From Myxococcota bacterium (GTDB lineage: Bacteria > Myxococcota_A > UBA9160 > UBA4427), in NCBI GenBank assembly GCA_965223565.1, contig CBDCWV010000018.1, forward strand, positions 1,094,214 to 1,158,213: 64,000 nt of DNA. The letters are read 5' to 3'. Positions 26,164 through 35,197 of this stretch are shown here, piece by piece. Position numbers and translations under genes: made by a program. Every line of letters starts with the position of its first letter. The stretch's first letter is position 1. The notes beneath the pieces were generated by a model. The model searched no databases, was not told the origin of the DNA, and saw only the letters and a program-made list of their open reading frames with translations.

Positions 26164-27308
26164 GGTCTCTTCCTCTTCGTTTCGGCGGTCTGAGTCCTCG
26201 CCGGGTTCTCCGTCGCGACGGCGCGGGTCGTGGCGAATCCGCCGAGGTGCCCCCAGCCCGGGCAGACCGCTGCGCAGGGAATGCTGTCGGCACCACTCAC
26301 GATGACGTGGATCTTATCCGCAGACGCGGCGACGGGGACCCGCGTCTCGGGGTCGGTCTGGTCGATCCAATCGGGCCACCAAGCGTAGTGTGCGCTCCGA
26401 TCGATGGCCGGGCGACCGTCGGCCTCGACGCGAATATCACCGAGGCGGCGCCGTGCGGTCTGCCAGAGGAATTGCTGGACGCGCCCTCTCGTGAAGCCCT
26501 CGCCGGCGAGCGTGCGGGCCATCGAAGGGCTCACGACGACGAGACTCTCGCCCATCGTATGCGTGTTCGAGTTCCCGCGTGCGCACATCTGGTCCGCGAC
26601 GAGCTCGAGCCAGCGTTCGCCCACCGCGGCGCCGTCGGGCGTCGCGACGCCCCAGAGATTCGCGATCTGCGGTGCCTCGCAAGCGAATACGGTCACGGCG
26701 CTCTCGGCGTCGGGGAGTCCGCGCGCTTCGTGGAAACGCGGCCAGGGCGTATTCGTAGGCTCTTCCGCGATGCAGTAGGCGATGCGTCCGGGATGACCCA
26801 TGATCTCCTGAACCGGCTCGCGCGGATATGCGCCGCCCAGATTCCACAGGACGAGTCGGAGGGCGCGACCGATCGCGAGATTCGCTCGCGCGCCGCCTCC
26901 ACTGAAGAGCGACTCACCCGTCGCCATGTCGAGCTCGTCCACGGCGCTTCCGGACACGATCACGAGTGGCCAACAGGGATGGGTCGTCGTCACGACACCC
27001 GCCAGGTTGAAGCGCAGCTCGAGCATCGCGTCGAGGGCGGCCACCACGACCGGCATGTGTTCCGGTCGACAGCCGGCCATGGCGGCGTTGGCCGCGACGG
27101 CTTCGATCGTGGCGACCCGTCGACTCGGCGGAATCGCCCCGATCTCATGCTCGGGGGCGAGCCCCGAGCCTTCGATCAACGTCTCGACGACGGTGCGGTC
27201 GGGCGGAAACGTGGGTAGGCCGTCGCTGAGATCGAGTCGAAAGCTGAGCTCGGGCCAGTCGGAGGGATCGATGCGCGGAGGCAGTGGCGCCGTCGAAGCT
27301 CTAGTCAT
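26160..27308 (-). CDS. Conserved-looking hypothetical protein (382 aa), translationally coupled to the UGSC gene
   Basis: GGAGG lies 11 nt upstream of ATG 27308. GC-rich third positions throughout. No family recognised. Motifs noted: GVVTTTHPCWPLVIVSG and FSGGGARANLAIGRALRLVLWNLGG. Confidence 0.7.
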   Translation of the reverse strand: MTRASTAPLPPRIDPSDWPELSFRLDLSDGLPTFPPDRTVVETLIEGSGLAPEHEIGAIPPSRRVATIEAVAANAAMAGCRPEHMPVVVAALDAMLELRFNLAGVVTTTHPCWPLVIVSGSAVDELDMATGESLFSGGGARANLAIGRALRLVLWNLGGAYPREPVQEIMGHPGRIAYCIAEEPTNTPWPRFHEARGLPDAESAVTVFACEAPQIANLWGVATPDGAAVGERWLELVADQMCARGNSNTHTMGESLVVVSPSMARTLAGEGFTRGRVQQFLWQTARRRLGDIRVEADGRPAIDRSAHYAWWPDWIDQTDPETRVPVAASADKIHVIVSGADSIPCAAVCPGWGHLGGFATTRAVATENPARTQTAETKRKRP

Positions 27309-27505
27309 GGTGGGGCTCGCCTCCGCGATCGAAATCGGGTTTGCAGCGCGACCGCGCCTCGTGGGAAGAGTCTCAGTCTCCGTTCGCCCGGCGTCGAGCC
27401 CGGCGCTCGGGCGATGGTAGGTCACCCGGTTGCGAGCTCGCTTCGACGGCGTCGGCGGCATGCAAGGGCCCCGGTTTCCGATCGCGCGGCCCCGCATGAG
27501 ATCTC

Positions 27506-28357
27506 CTACTCGTCGTCACTTTCGAGTCGGGGCGGCTCTCCGACGCGCCAGTCCGGCCGCCGCTTCTCACGGAAAGCAGCGACACCCTCCGCATAGGCGG
27601 GTGTCTGCATCATCTCCCGAATCAGTGACTCCGAGTGCTCGACGGAGCCCGCGATGTCGCGATGCAGGTCGCGATAGACCTGCCAGCGGGTCTGCTTGAG
27701 CGACGCTGGCGAGACGCTCTCGATCAGACGGCCTGCGTAGTCGTAGGTTTCGTCGAGGAGATCGGGCTCGGCGTGGACCGAGTTCACCAGACCCATCGCG
27801 GCCGCTTCGTCGGAGCTGAAGACCCGACTGCTCAGGAGCAGGTCGTTCGCGCGGGTCAATCCGATCATTCTCGGCAGGAGCCACGACAGTCCGAACTCGG
27901 CCGGCAGACTGAGCTTGCCATGCGCGGTCGTGAGCTTCACGCCCCGGCGGGCGAAACGGAGATCGGCGAAGCATGCCAGTGCCAATCCGACGCCCGCCGC
28001 GGGCCCGTTGATCGCCGCGATGACGGGCTTCGCCAGGCCGAAATGGTATGCGAACGCCGCATCGAACTCGGGCGCGGTTCCGAAGCCCGGCCGCGCCAGG
28101 TCTCGTGGCGTGCCCGGGTCGTAGCCTCCCTTTCGCACGTGGCCTTCGAGCGCTTCGGCGTCACCGCCGACACAGAACGCGCGGCCGCGCCCCGTCACGA
28201 CGATCACGCCGACGCCTGCATCCGCGTTCGCGCGCGCGAGATTGAAGCGATATTCGGCGTGCATACGCCCGGTCCAGGCGTTCATCCGCCGAGGTCGATT
28301 CAGCCAGATCGTGGCGATGCGATCGCGCACCTCGTATTCGGTCGCTTTCAGCTCCAT
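27506..28357 (-). CDS. Enoyl-CoA hydratase/isomerase (crotonase) family protein
   Basis: MELKATEYEVRDRIATIWLNRPRRMNAW...GRGRAFCVGGD...AAINGPAAGVG. Confidence 0.9.
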   Translation of the reverse strand: MELKATEYEVRDRIATIWLNRPRRMNAWTGRMHAEYRFNLARANADAGVGVIVVTGRGRAFCVGGDAEALEGHVRKGGYDPGTPRDLARPGFGTAPEFDAAFAYHFGLAKPVIAAINGPAAGVGLALACFADLRFARRGVKLTTAHGKLSLPAEFGLSWLLPRMIGLTRANDLLLSSRVFSSDEAAAMGLVNSVHAEPDLLDETYDYAGRLIESVSPASLKQTRWQVYRDLHRDIAGSVEHSESLIREMMQTPAYAEGVAAFREKRRPDWRVGEPPRLESDDE

Positions 28358-28469
28358 GGTCGACCCGGTTCACGACCATCGCGTCCGGTTGCGCGCTCGT
28401 GACTGCCCGAGGCCGGCGACGATCTGGACCGGAGGCGAGCGGAACGCGATGCGCCGCGAAACGGCACCC

Positions 28470-29645
28470 TCAGCTCCGGCGGCGACGATGTAGACCCGCG
28501 AGCGCAAGTGCTGCCAGTCCGGTCGAGAGGCCACCCACGGGCTCGGGAAGCACGAAGACCGTCAGTGAGCGGAAGACGCTGCCGCCCGCGAGATTCGGTC
28601 CGACGCCGACGATGAGATTCCCGCTCGGGCTCATCTTGGCATGTGCGAACGTGTCGGAGTCGATCACCGGGTAGTCGATGCTGCCTGCGACCACGCCACT
28701 CCCATCGATCGAAAGCGCACCGCCGGCCGCCGGCGATACGCCGCCGGTCGGAAACGCCTTCGCACCGCTCAAGACGTCACCGCTGGCAGCGAGGGAAACG
28801 AACCCGCGCGTCCAGAAGGGTGAGTTCGAGACCGAGACGTCGACGAGCGAGTAGGAACGCCAGGTACCTGCGAGATCACTGGTCGCGAAGCCGTTCCCGC
28901 CACGTACGAGCAAGGCGAGCTGCCGGCTCGTACCGTCGCTCAGGACACCCACGATCACTTCCTTGTCGGGGCTCATCTGGAACCGGGAGCCGAAGGCGTT
29001 GCTCTGCACGTTTCCGTCTGGAGCGATCGTCAGGACGAGGCCGGTCAGGACGAGCCCGCCGCCATCGCTCTCCGCGCTCGCGACGACGCTCACCTGTCCG
29101 CTTCCGTCGATCGTGATCTCACCCCAGGCCCAACCCGGCTCGTTCGGGTCGGGCTCCGCAGAGTCTTCGAGCACGTACAGGTACCAGGTGTCGACGAGAT
29201 CGGCGCTGCTGAAGCTGCCGTCGACGCGAACGGCAACGTCGATCTCGACCGCGTCGTCGACATCCTCACTGTCGACGCCGACGATGAGATTTCCGCTCGG
29301 ATCCATCTGGAAGCCCTCGAACTCCTCCGCGAATCCCGACCGGACGAGCGTGCCGCCGACGCGCCCACTCGATTCGAGTACGAAGCTTCCACCCGTCACG
29401 CTGGCCGTCGTCCCCTCGCTATCGATCAGTGACCCGCCGAGAAAATCACCGTCCGTCGCGATTTCGAGATCCGACGTGTGAGTCCATCCGGGATCGTTGT
29501 TGCTCTCGACGTCCCAGCGCGAGAAGGCCTCGAAGGTTCCGGCGAGGTCGCTCTGCTGGAACTGAGCAGAGACTTCATGGGGAGCTGTGAGAAGCAGCGG
29601 GATCGAGCAGACCGAGCAGAGGAGCTTTGGCGAGATGCGACTCAT
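28470..29645 (-). CDS. PEP-CTERM secreted protein with three tandem repeats of about 100 aa
   Basis: Signal ...LLLTAPHEVSAQ. Three modules each begin DLAGT(F/W) or DLVDTW and end (FQ/AK)M(D/S)P(SGNL/DKEV)IVGV. C-terminus VLPEPVGGLSTGLAALALAGLHRRRR. Confidence 0.8.
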   Translation of the reverse strand: MSRISPKLLCSVCSIPLLLTAPHEVSAQFQQSDLAGTFEAFSRWDVESNNDPGWTHTSDLEIATDGDFLGGSLIDSEGTTASVTGGSFVLESSGRVGGTLVRSGFAEEFEGFQMDPSGNLIVGVDSEDVDDAVEIDVAVRVDGSFSSADLVDTWYLYVLEDSAEPDPNEPGWAWGEITIDGSGQVSVVASAESDGGGLVLTGLVLTIAPDGNVQSNAFGSRFQMSPDKEVIVGVLSDGTSRQLALLVRGGNGFATSDLAGTWRSYSLVDVSVSNSPFWTRGFVSLAASGDVLSGAKAFPTGGVSPAAGGALSIDGSGVVAGSIDYPVIDSDTFAHAKMSPSGNLIVGVGPNLAGGSVFRSLTVFVLPEPVGGLSTGLAALALAGLHRRRRS

Positions 29646-29707
29646 GAGCGATGACTCCAGCTTTCGAGTCCCTCCAGCATAACACGCCTGAAAAACTCGG
29701 AGATCGT

Positions 29708-30382
29708 CTAGAGGGCGCCACCGAACAGGGACGGATGTGCGATCCGGATGAGGATCGTGAGGCCGATCGCGATCATCACGGCCCAGCGTGCTTCGAGCAG
29801 TCCACGAAGACCGCCGCGAGCGAAGGGCAGAAACGACGTCTCGGCATGAAAGCGTCGGAACGAGTCACCGTCGGTCGCGAGGTGCCGCCTGTCCTGATGC
29901 CAACAGCCGATCAGGCCGACGACGGGCAGCCCGCCTAGAAAGACGAGATCGCTCATGTGTACGCGTGCGACGGCGAGATGGAGCAATCCGATCAATCCGA
30001 CGCCCATGAAGAGGGGATGCCGCGTGATTCGCAGGACCCCGCGAATCTTCCCCGCACCCGGAGCGAGCGAGGCGGGGTTGGGGTCCAGGAACGCCCCGAC
30101 GACCAGCGTGAGGGCGAAGGCCATGCCGACGTACATGATCGGGCGTGCGCTCGGGAAGGGACTCCCGTACCAGAGATAGGCGCCGACATGCTTGTTCGTG
30201 GCGTAGAGCCAGACCAGGGGTATGAAGATCGCGAGCGCCACGATCGAATAGGCCGCCAGGAACGTGCGTGTCCCGAACGCTGCGACGATTCGCGGGCGAA
30301 TGACCTGGCTCGAGAGGCCGACGTGCGTAGCGAGAAAGAGGGCCCAGAGCGCCGCGATTTCCAGTGGAGGGTCGGTTTCCAA
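29708..30382 (-). CDS. NnrU-family integral membrane protein
   Basis: Multi-TM protein containing GVLRITRHPLFMG. The start is uncertain: TTG 30382 was chosen because the upstream part of the track ORF overlaps the OsmC gene in another frame. Confidence 0.65.
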   Translation of the reverse strand: METDPPLEIAALWALFLATHVGLSSQVIRPRIVAAFGTRTFLAAYSIVALAIFIPLVWLYATNKHVGAYLWYGSPFPSARPIMYVGMAFALTLVVGAFLDPNPASLAPGAGKIRGVLRITRHPLFMGVGLIGLLHLAVARVHMSDLVFLGGLPVVGLIGCWHQDRRHLATDGDSFRRFHAETSFLPFARGGLRGLLEARWAVMIAIGLTILIRIAHPSLFGGAL

Positions 30383-30533
30383 GCGTGCTCCGAGCGGGCG
30401 CGTCGGGTCGAAAGAAGCGAAGGCCGTATTCAGGTTCGCACATTCGGGCCGTCGATGATGGGTTTCGTCACAGCGGTTCGAACGGATTCGCGTGCCACCG
30501 CAGACGCCCGATCTCGACCGACCGATTCCGACG

Positions 30534-30986
30534 TCACCCGACCCGAGCGTCCAGCACGACGTCGCAGGCGAGCGAGCGGCTGACCAGACAGGCCGTTTCG
30601 GCCTTCTCGAGCAGCCGCCGACCGCGCGCGATCCTCGATTCGGCGGGTGCCTCTTCGCCCGGCTCGGGATCGATCTCGAGCACCGCCTCGAGATCGATCC
30701 GGGTAAAACGCGTGATCCGCTCGTGGCGGTCGAGTGTCCCATTGGCGCTACAGCGCAGCCTCCGCCACTCGAATCCGGACGCGCGTGCCACGGCGCGGAA
30801 GCTCAAGACGAAGCAATCGGCGACGGCGCCGACGAGCAGCGTCTCCGGCGACCAACGATCGCCTGGACCGCCGAACTCCGCCGGCGGTGCCGTGTCGAGA
30901 GAATCGAGTCCTTCGGAGGACAATGCGACCGAGCCTTCGGGGCCGGCTGTCGCGCTCGTCGAATACCGATGTGGAAAGGGATCCAT
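30534..30986 (-). CDS. OsmC/Ohr-family peroxiredoxin-like protein
   Basis: 150 aa. SPETLLVGAVADCFVLSF and ...KAETACLVSRSL carry the two conserved Cys. GGAAGGA Shine-Dalgarno. Confidence 0.85.
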   Translation of the reverse strand: MDPFPHRYSTSATAGPEGSVALSSEGLDSLDTAPPAEFGGPGDRWSPETLLVGAVADCFVLSFRAVARASGFEWRRLRCSANGTLDRHERITRFTRIDLEAVLEIDPEPGEEAPAESRIARGRRLLEKAETACLVSRSLACDVVLDARVG

Positions 30987-31039
30987 GGCTCTTCCTTCCG
31001 GATCGATTGGGAGTCCGCGATTCGTTCCCGTTCTCCGAG

Positions 31040-32440
31040 CTATTCCGCTCCGTCGTCTGGGATCGGAGCCCCGGCGTCTGTTCCGAGGCGGGCTTCCGCC
31101 TCTGTGCGACTGCCCGAGAAGCGTTGGATGACGGTGCAGGCCGTCAGGTCACCCGTCACGTTCACGGCGGTACGACTCATGTCGAGGATGCGGTCGACGC
31201 CCAGGATCAACGCGATGCCCGCGGTCGGGACGCCGACGCCCTCGAGCACCATCGCGAGAATCACGATGCCAGCGCCCGGCGTCGCCGGTGAACCGATCGA
31301 GGCCGAGACCGCCGTCACGACGACCAGGGCGAGGCCGCCGGTCGTGAGCTCGACGGAGAAGACTTGAGCGAGAAAGACGGTCGCGACGCCCTGGTAGAGT
31401 GCCGTCCCGTTCATGTTGATCGTCGCGCCGAGCGGGATCAGGAAGCGGGCGATCGAGGGCTCGACGCCGAGCCGATCCTCGGCGGTCTCGATCGAGAGCG
31501 GCATCACGGCCGCCGAACTCGACGTCGAGAAGGCGAGCAGGAAGACGTCGCGAATCGCCGCCATGAATTGGCGAGGACCGATCCTGGCGAGTCCGGCGGC
31601 GAGTGCCACGAAGAGCCCCATCATCACGGCGAGTCCCGCCAACACGGTCAGCATGTAGACCGACATGCCCGCGAGCACGTCGATTCCGACGGTCGATGTG
31701 AGGCGCGTCATCAGGCCGAAGACCGCGAAGGGTGCCAGCCGCATCGCCCATGAGACGACCGTCATGGACACCTCCTGCAGCGACCCGAGCAGGTCGAAGA
31801 GCGGTGCGGACTTCTCGGGCGCGAGGTTCACGAGGGCGATGCCGACGATGAAGGCGAAGAGGATGACCTGCAGCATCTCGCCTCCGACCATCGACGCGAG
31901 CGGATTCTTCGGCAGCAGGTCGATCAGGAGCTCCGGCCCCCGCTCGTGCGTGGGTGCCGCGAGGGAATCCGGTGTCGCGGCTGCCGCGGGCGGTGGCGAC
32001 AGGCTGCCCTGGATCGCGCTCGAGTCGACGAAGCGTCCGGGCTGGACCCAGCTTGCGATCCCGAGGCCGACGATCGTCGCGATCGCAGTCGTGAGTACGA
32101 AGAACGCAGCGCCGCGCAGACCGAGATCGCGCAGCTGGGCCACGTTCTCGCCCGCGGCGAGCCCGCGTACGACCGAGGCGAAGACGAGTGGGACGACGAT
32201 CATCTGCACCAGGGCCAGGAAGAGGAGTCCCGGTAGCGCGAGCCAGCTCGCGATCGGCGTGGCATAACGCGGATCGACGAGGCCGGCGTCGGGCCCGAGC
32301 GCGATGCCGACGAGGATGCCCGCGAGCAAGCCCAACAGGACGCGCGCCCAGAGATTCGTCTCGACGAGTCGCTCGAGGCGGCTGACGAGCAGCCTGAGTG
32401 GCGCGAGCTCGAGGCGCTCGATCGGGTCCGGGCCGCTCAT
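31040..32440 (-). CDS. Dicarboxylate/amino acid:cation symporter (DAACS/GltP family)
   Basis: GAGGGAG Shine-Dalgarno before ATG 32440. Motifs FSTSSSAAVMP and NMNGTALYQG. About 8 TMs plus re-entrant loops. Confidence 0.9.
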   Translation of the reverse strand: MSGPDPIERLELAPLRLLVSRLERLVETNLWARVLLGLLAGILVGIALGPDAGLVDPRYATPIASWLALPGLLFLALVQMIVVPLVFASVVRGLAAGENVAQLRDLGLRGAAFFVLTTAIATIVGLGIASWVQPGRFVDSSAIQGSLSPPPAAAATPDSLAAPTHERGPELLIDLLPKNPLASMVGGEMLQVILFAFIVGIALVNLAPEKSAPLFDLLGSLQEVSMTVVSWAMRLAPFAVFGLMTRLTSTVGIDVLAGMSVYMLTVLAGLAVMMGLFVALAAGLARIGPRQFMAAIRDVFLLAFSTSSSAAVMPLSIETAEDRLGVEPSIARFLIPLGATINMNGTALYQGVATVFLAQVFSVELTTGGLALVVVTAVSASIGSPATPGAGIVILAMVLEGVGVPTAGIALILGVDRILDMSRTAVNVTGDLTACTVIQRFSGSRTEAEARLGTDAGAPIPDDGAE

Positions 32441-32618
32441 GGGACGCTCCCTCGAGTCGAGAGTCGATGCGGGACGATCACGCGGATGAATCGATCCCCG
32501 AGACACGTAGTCAATAGAGTGAAAGGGCCCCGGCGATCGGTGAAGGTGACTCCGGGGCGAGTCGATTGCTGGTCTCGAGCCCCGACCTGCCGCTCGCGAG
32601 GGCTCGCTCTTCCGCCGA

Positions 32619-33389
32619 TCAAGCGTGGCTCACATAGCCGCCGTCGACGTTGATTGTCTGACCCGTGATGTAGCTCGCGTCCGGTCCCACCAGAAACACG
32701 ATCGTGCGCCCGGCGTCCGCCTCGGGATCTCCCTCGCGTCCCATCGGCGTCCTGGCCAGGTAGGCTGCGCGCTGCTCGGGATATATCTCCCAGTATTCGG
32801 CGAGGCCTTCCGTCGCGGCATTCGGGCAGACGCAGTTGACGGTGATGCCGTGCGCGCCCCACTCCTTCGCGACCGAGCCCGTGAGGGCGCGAAGTGCCTC
32901 CTTCGCCGTGGTATAGGCGGCCATATAGGGCGCGAACTCCGAGCCGTCGCACGACGAGATGTTCACGACCCGGCCGGCGTCGCTCTCGAGCAGGTGTGGG
33001 TACGCGGCACGCATCATGAAGAAGGCACCCTTGACGTCGGTGTCGAGCAGGCGATCGAACTGCTCGTCACTCTGGTCGACGGCCGGTCCATAGAGGTCGT
33101 CCTTCGACGCGCCGGTCGCATTGTTGATGAGGATGTCGAGTCGGCCGAATCTCGCCGCGGTCTCCGAGACCGCCGCCTCGACCTGCGAACGGCGACGCAC
33201 GTCGCACTCGAGGGCGATCGCCGACGTGCCGAGCGTGCGCAGCTCCTCGGCCGCATCCGGACCGGTCCTCGGGTCGATCTCCGCGATCGCGAGGCGGGCA
33301 CCCTCCCTGGCGAGGGCCCGCGCGATCCCGCGACCGATCCCGCGTCCGGCCCCGCTGATCAGCACGACGCGTCCTTCGAGTACACCCAT
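32619..33389 (-). CDS. SDR-family oxidoreductase
   Basis: AGGAGG lies 9 nt upstream of ATG 33389. Contains GRVVLISGAGRGIGRGIA, NNATG and YxxxK (YTTAK). Confidence 0.9.
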   Translation of the reverse strand: MGVLEGRVVLISGAGRGIGRGIARALAREGARLAIAEIDPRTGPDAAEELRTLGTSAIALECDVRRRSQVEAAVSETAARFGRLDILINNATGASKDDLYGPAVDQSDEQFDRLLDTDVKGAFFMMRAAYPHLLESDAGRVVNISSCDGSEFAPYMAAYTTAKEALRALTGSVAKEWGAHGITVNCVCPNAATEGLAEYWEIYPEQRAAYLARTPMGREGDPEADAGRTIVFLVGPDASYITGQTINVDGGYVSHA

Positions 33390-33471
33390 CGAAAGGGCCT
33401 CCTGCAGCAATGATCCCGGCTAGACTATCGGCGCTTCACCCGCTGCTCGCACGGATTCGGGAGGCTGGCCC

Positions 33472-34257
33472 ATGGCCGATTCGATGCCCGCCGACGCGCC
33501 GCCGCCCGCGGAGCCGGGCCCGCTCCTGGATCGCTTCGCACGCTTTCGAGAGATGGCGCGTCTGTTCGTCGTCGTGATGCTCGGCCGGAGCCAGGATCCG
33601 ATCGAGGGGACGCGCGTCTACGACGTGTTGGCACGCTGGCTGGGTCGTGGTGATCGGCCGATGCTGGAGCGGATGTGCGCGAGTGAGCAGGGGCGACGGC
33701 TGCTGGCCGAGCGACAGGACGTATTGAAACCGCTCACGGATCGAGCGGCATTGCGCGCGATGCCTGTCGGTTCGGTCGGGCGCATGCTCGTCGAGTTCCT
33801 CGAGACGCGAGAGATTCGTCCGGAAGAGCTTGCGCGCAAGGTGCGCGAAGCCCGCGCGGCGACGGGCGGATTCGCTCCGGGTGCCGACCCCGATGTCGCC
33901 TATCTCCACGATCGCTTTCGTGATCTCCACGATCTCTGGCACGTCGTCGTCGGCTACGACAATGATTGGGCGGGCGAGTACGGGATCGTCGGCTTTTCGG
34001 CACAGCAGGTCGGCTACCGCTCGCAGACGATCGCGACGTTCGTGAGCGCATTCCTCGCCGCTCTGGGCGGGCGGCCCGACGTACTCTCGACCTGGCGCGA
34101 CGCGCGCCGGCGTGCCCGCCGCGCGCCCTTCCTGCTTGCGGAGGACTGGCCGGCGATGCTCGAGCTTCCGCTCGAGCAGGTTCGTGCGCGGCTCGGATTG
34201 AATCCCCCACCCGACTATCGGCCGCTTGCAAACGACGGCTATCGGCGTAGGCCGTAG
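33472..34257 (+). CDS. Coq4-family protein (bacterial homolog)
   Basis: 261 aa. HDLWHVVVGYDNDWAGE fits the Coq4 HDxxH-x10-E metal motif. GGGAGG Shine-Dalgarno. Confidence 0.7.
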   Translation: MADSMPADAPPPAEPGPLLDRFARFREMARLFVVVMLGRSQDPIEGTRVYDVLARWLGRGDRPMLERMCASEQGRRLLAERQDVLKPLTDRAALRAMPVGSVGRMLVEFLETREIRPEELARKVREARAATGGFAPGADPDVAYLHDRFRDLHDLWHVVVGYDNDWAGEYGIVGFSAQQVGYRSQTIATFVSAFLAALGGRPDVLSTWRDARRRARRAPFLLAEDWPAMLELPLEQVRARLGLNPPPDYRPLANDGYRRRP

Positions 34258-34451
34258 CAGACCGGCTCGGCACGGAACGCCTATCTGGCCAGAACCAAAT
34301 GGGAATTCCGTTAACGGTCCGGTAATCCCGCCAGCCGATTCTGTCCGGGTAGGGCAGCGGGTGGCCCGGGTCCGACCGCCCTCGACTCCGTTCGCGTTCG
34401 AATCTGGAGTCGGCGGAGGGCAATCGCAAAGCGCATAGGAGGTAGCGGAAG

Positions 34452-35165
34452 GTGAAGAATCGGAGCATGAAACGATGGGGTGGGGCTGCCTGGCTGGGGA
34501 TCGCGGCGATGGTGCTAGGTGCGGGAGATTCGGCGCTCGCGATCGAAGGAACGAATGTCTGCTCCGGCTCGCCCACGTCGTGTACGCAGCGCTCCAATGG
34601 CGAAGGAATCGACTCGGGCGCACTCCCCGGTGGCTTGACCTCGAATCGCCTTGCCATCGCCGTCTCGAACGGCACCATTCGCGGCGTCGGCGGGCATGGT
34701 CTCCGGCTCAATGGCGGCACCGTCTCCGTCGATCGCGTCCTCGTCGTCCATTCGGGCCGCTCGGGTATCAAGACCGCGAATTCAGGATCGATCACGAACT
34801 GTGGCGTCTTCCAGACCGGGGAGCACGGCATCGAGACCACCGGCGTCTCGACCATCACCGGTAATCGGCTATGGCAGAATCGGGACTCGGGAATCGAGAC
34901 CGCGCTGAGCTTCGGCGCGGGGTTGATTCAGGGGAACGTGTCTCACTTCAACGGCGACCACGGCATACACGTTCGCGGGTTCTCCGGGCTCGTCCTCGGA
35001 AATACCATCACGTCGAATCGCGGGATCGGGCTCCGCATGGACTCGGCTACGACGGCCTACCGCGACAATATCATGACGTCGAACGATTCCTTGGGCTCGA
35101 GCGTCCAGGTCCAGGGTGGTACGAGCCTCGGCACGAATCTCTGTAGCGACGCGATCTGTCCATGA
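34452..35165 (+). CDS. Secreted right-handed parallel beta-helix repeat protein
   Basis: GTG start with AGGAGG 9 nt upstream. Signal ...MVLGAGDSALA. Repeated units of about 22 aa (GHGLRL.G, RSGIKT, EHGIETT, DSGIET, DHGIHV, NRGIGLRM). Confidence 0.7.
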   Translation: MKNRSMKRWGGAAWLGIAAMVLGAGDSALAIEGTNVCSGSPTSCTQRSNGEGIDSGALPGGLTSNRLAIAVSNGTIRGVGGHGLRLNGGTVSVDRVLVVHSGRSGIKTANSGSITNCGVFQTGEHGIETTGVSTITGNRLWQNRDSGIETALSFGAGLIQGNVSHFNGDHGIHVRGFSGLVLGNTITSNRGIGLRMDSATTAYRDNIMTSNDSLGSSVQVQGGTSLGTNLCSDAICP

Positions 35166-35197
35166 TCCAGTGAGCGCAGGTGCGGCGCGTCGGCCGG

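Noticed and set aside
34383-34412. tRNA-like GTTCGAATC string inside an inverted repeat (CGACTCC...GGAGTCG) upstream of the 34452 gene
   Set aside because: The flanks do not form a 5-bp T-arm around a 7-nt loop, and no acceptor, D or anticodon arms can be drawn. It is more likely a simple 5'-UTR or terminator hairpin.
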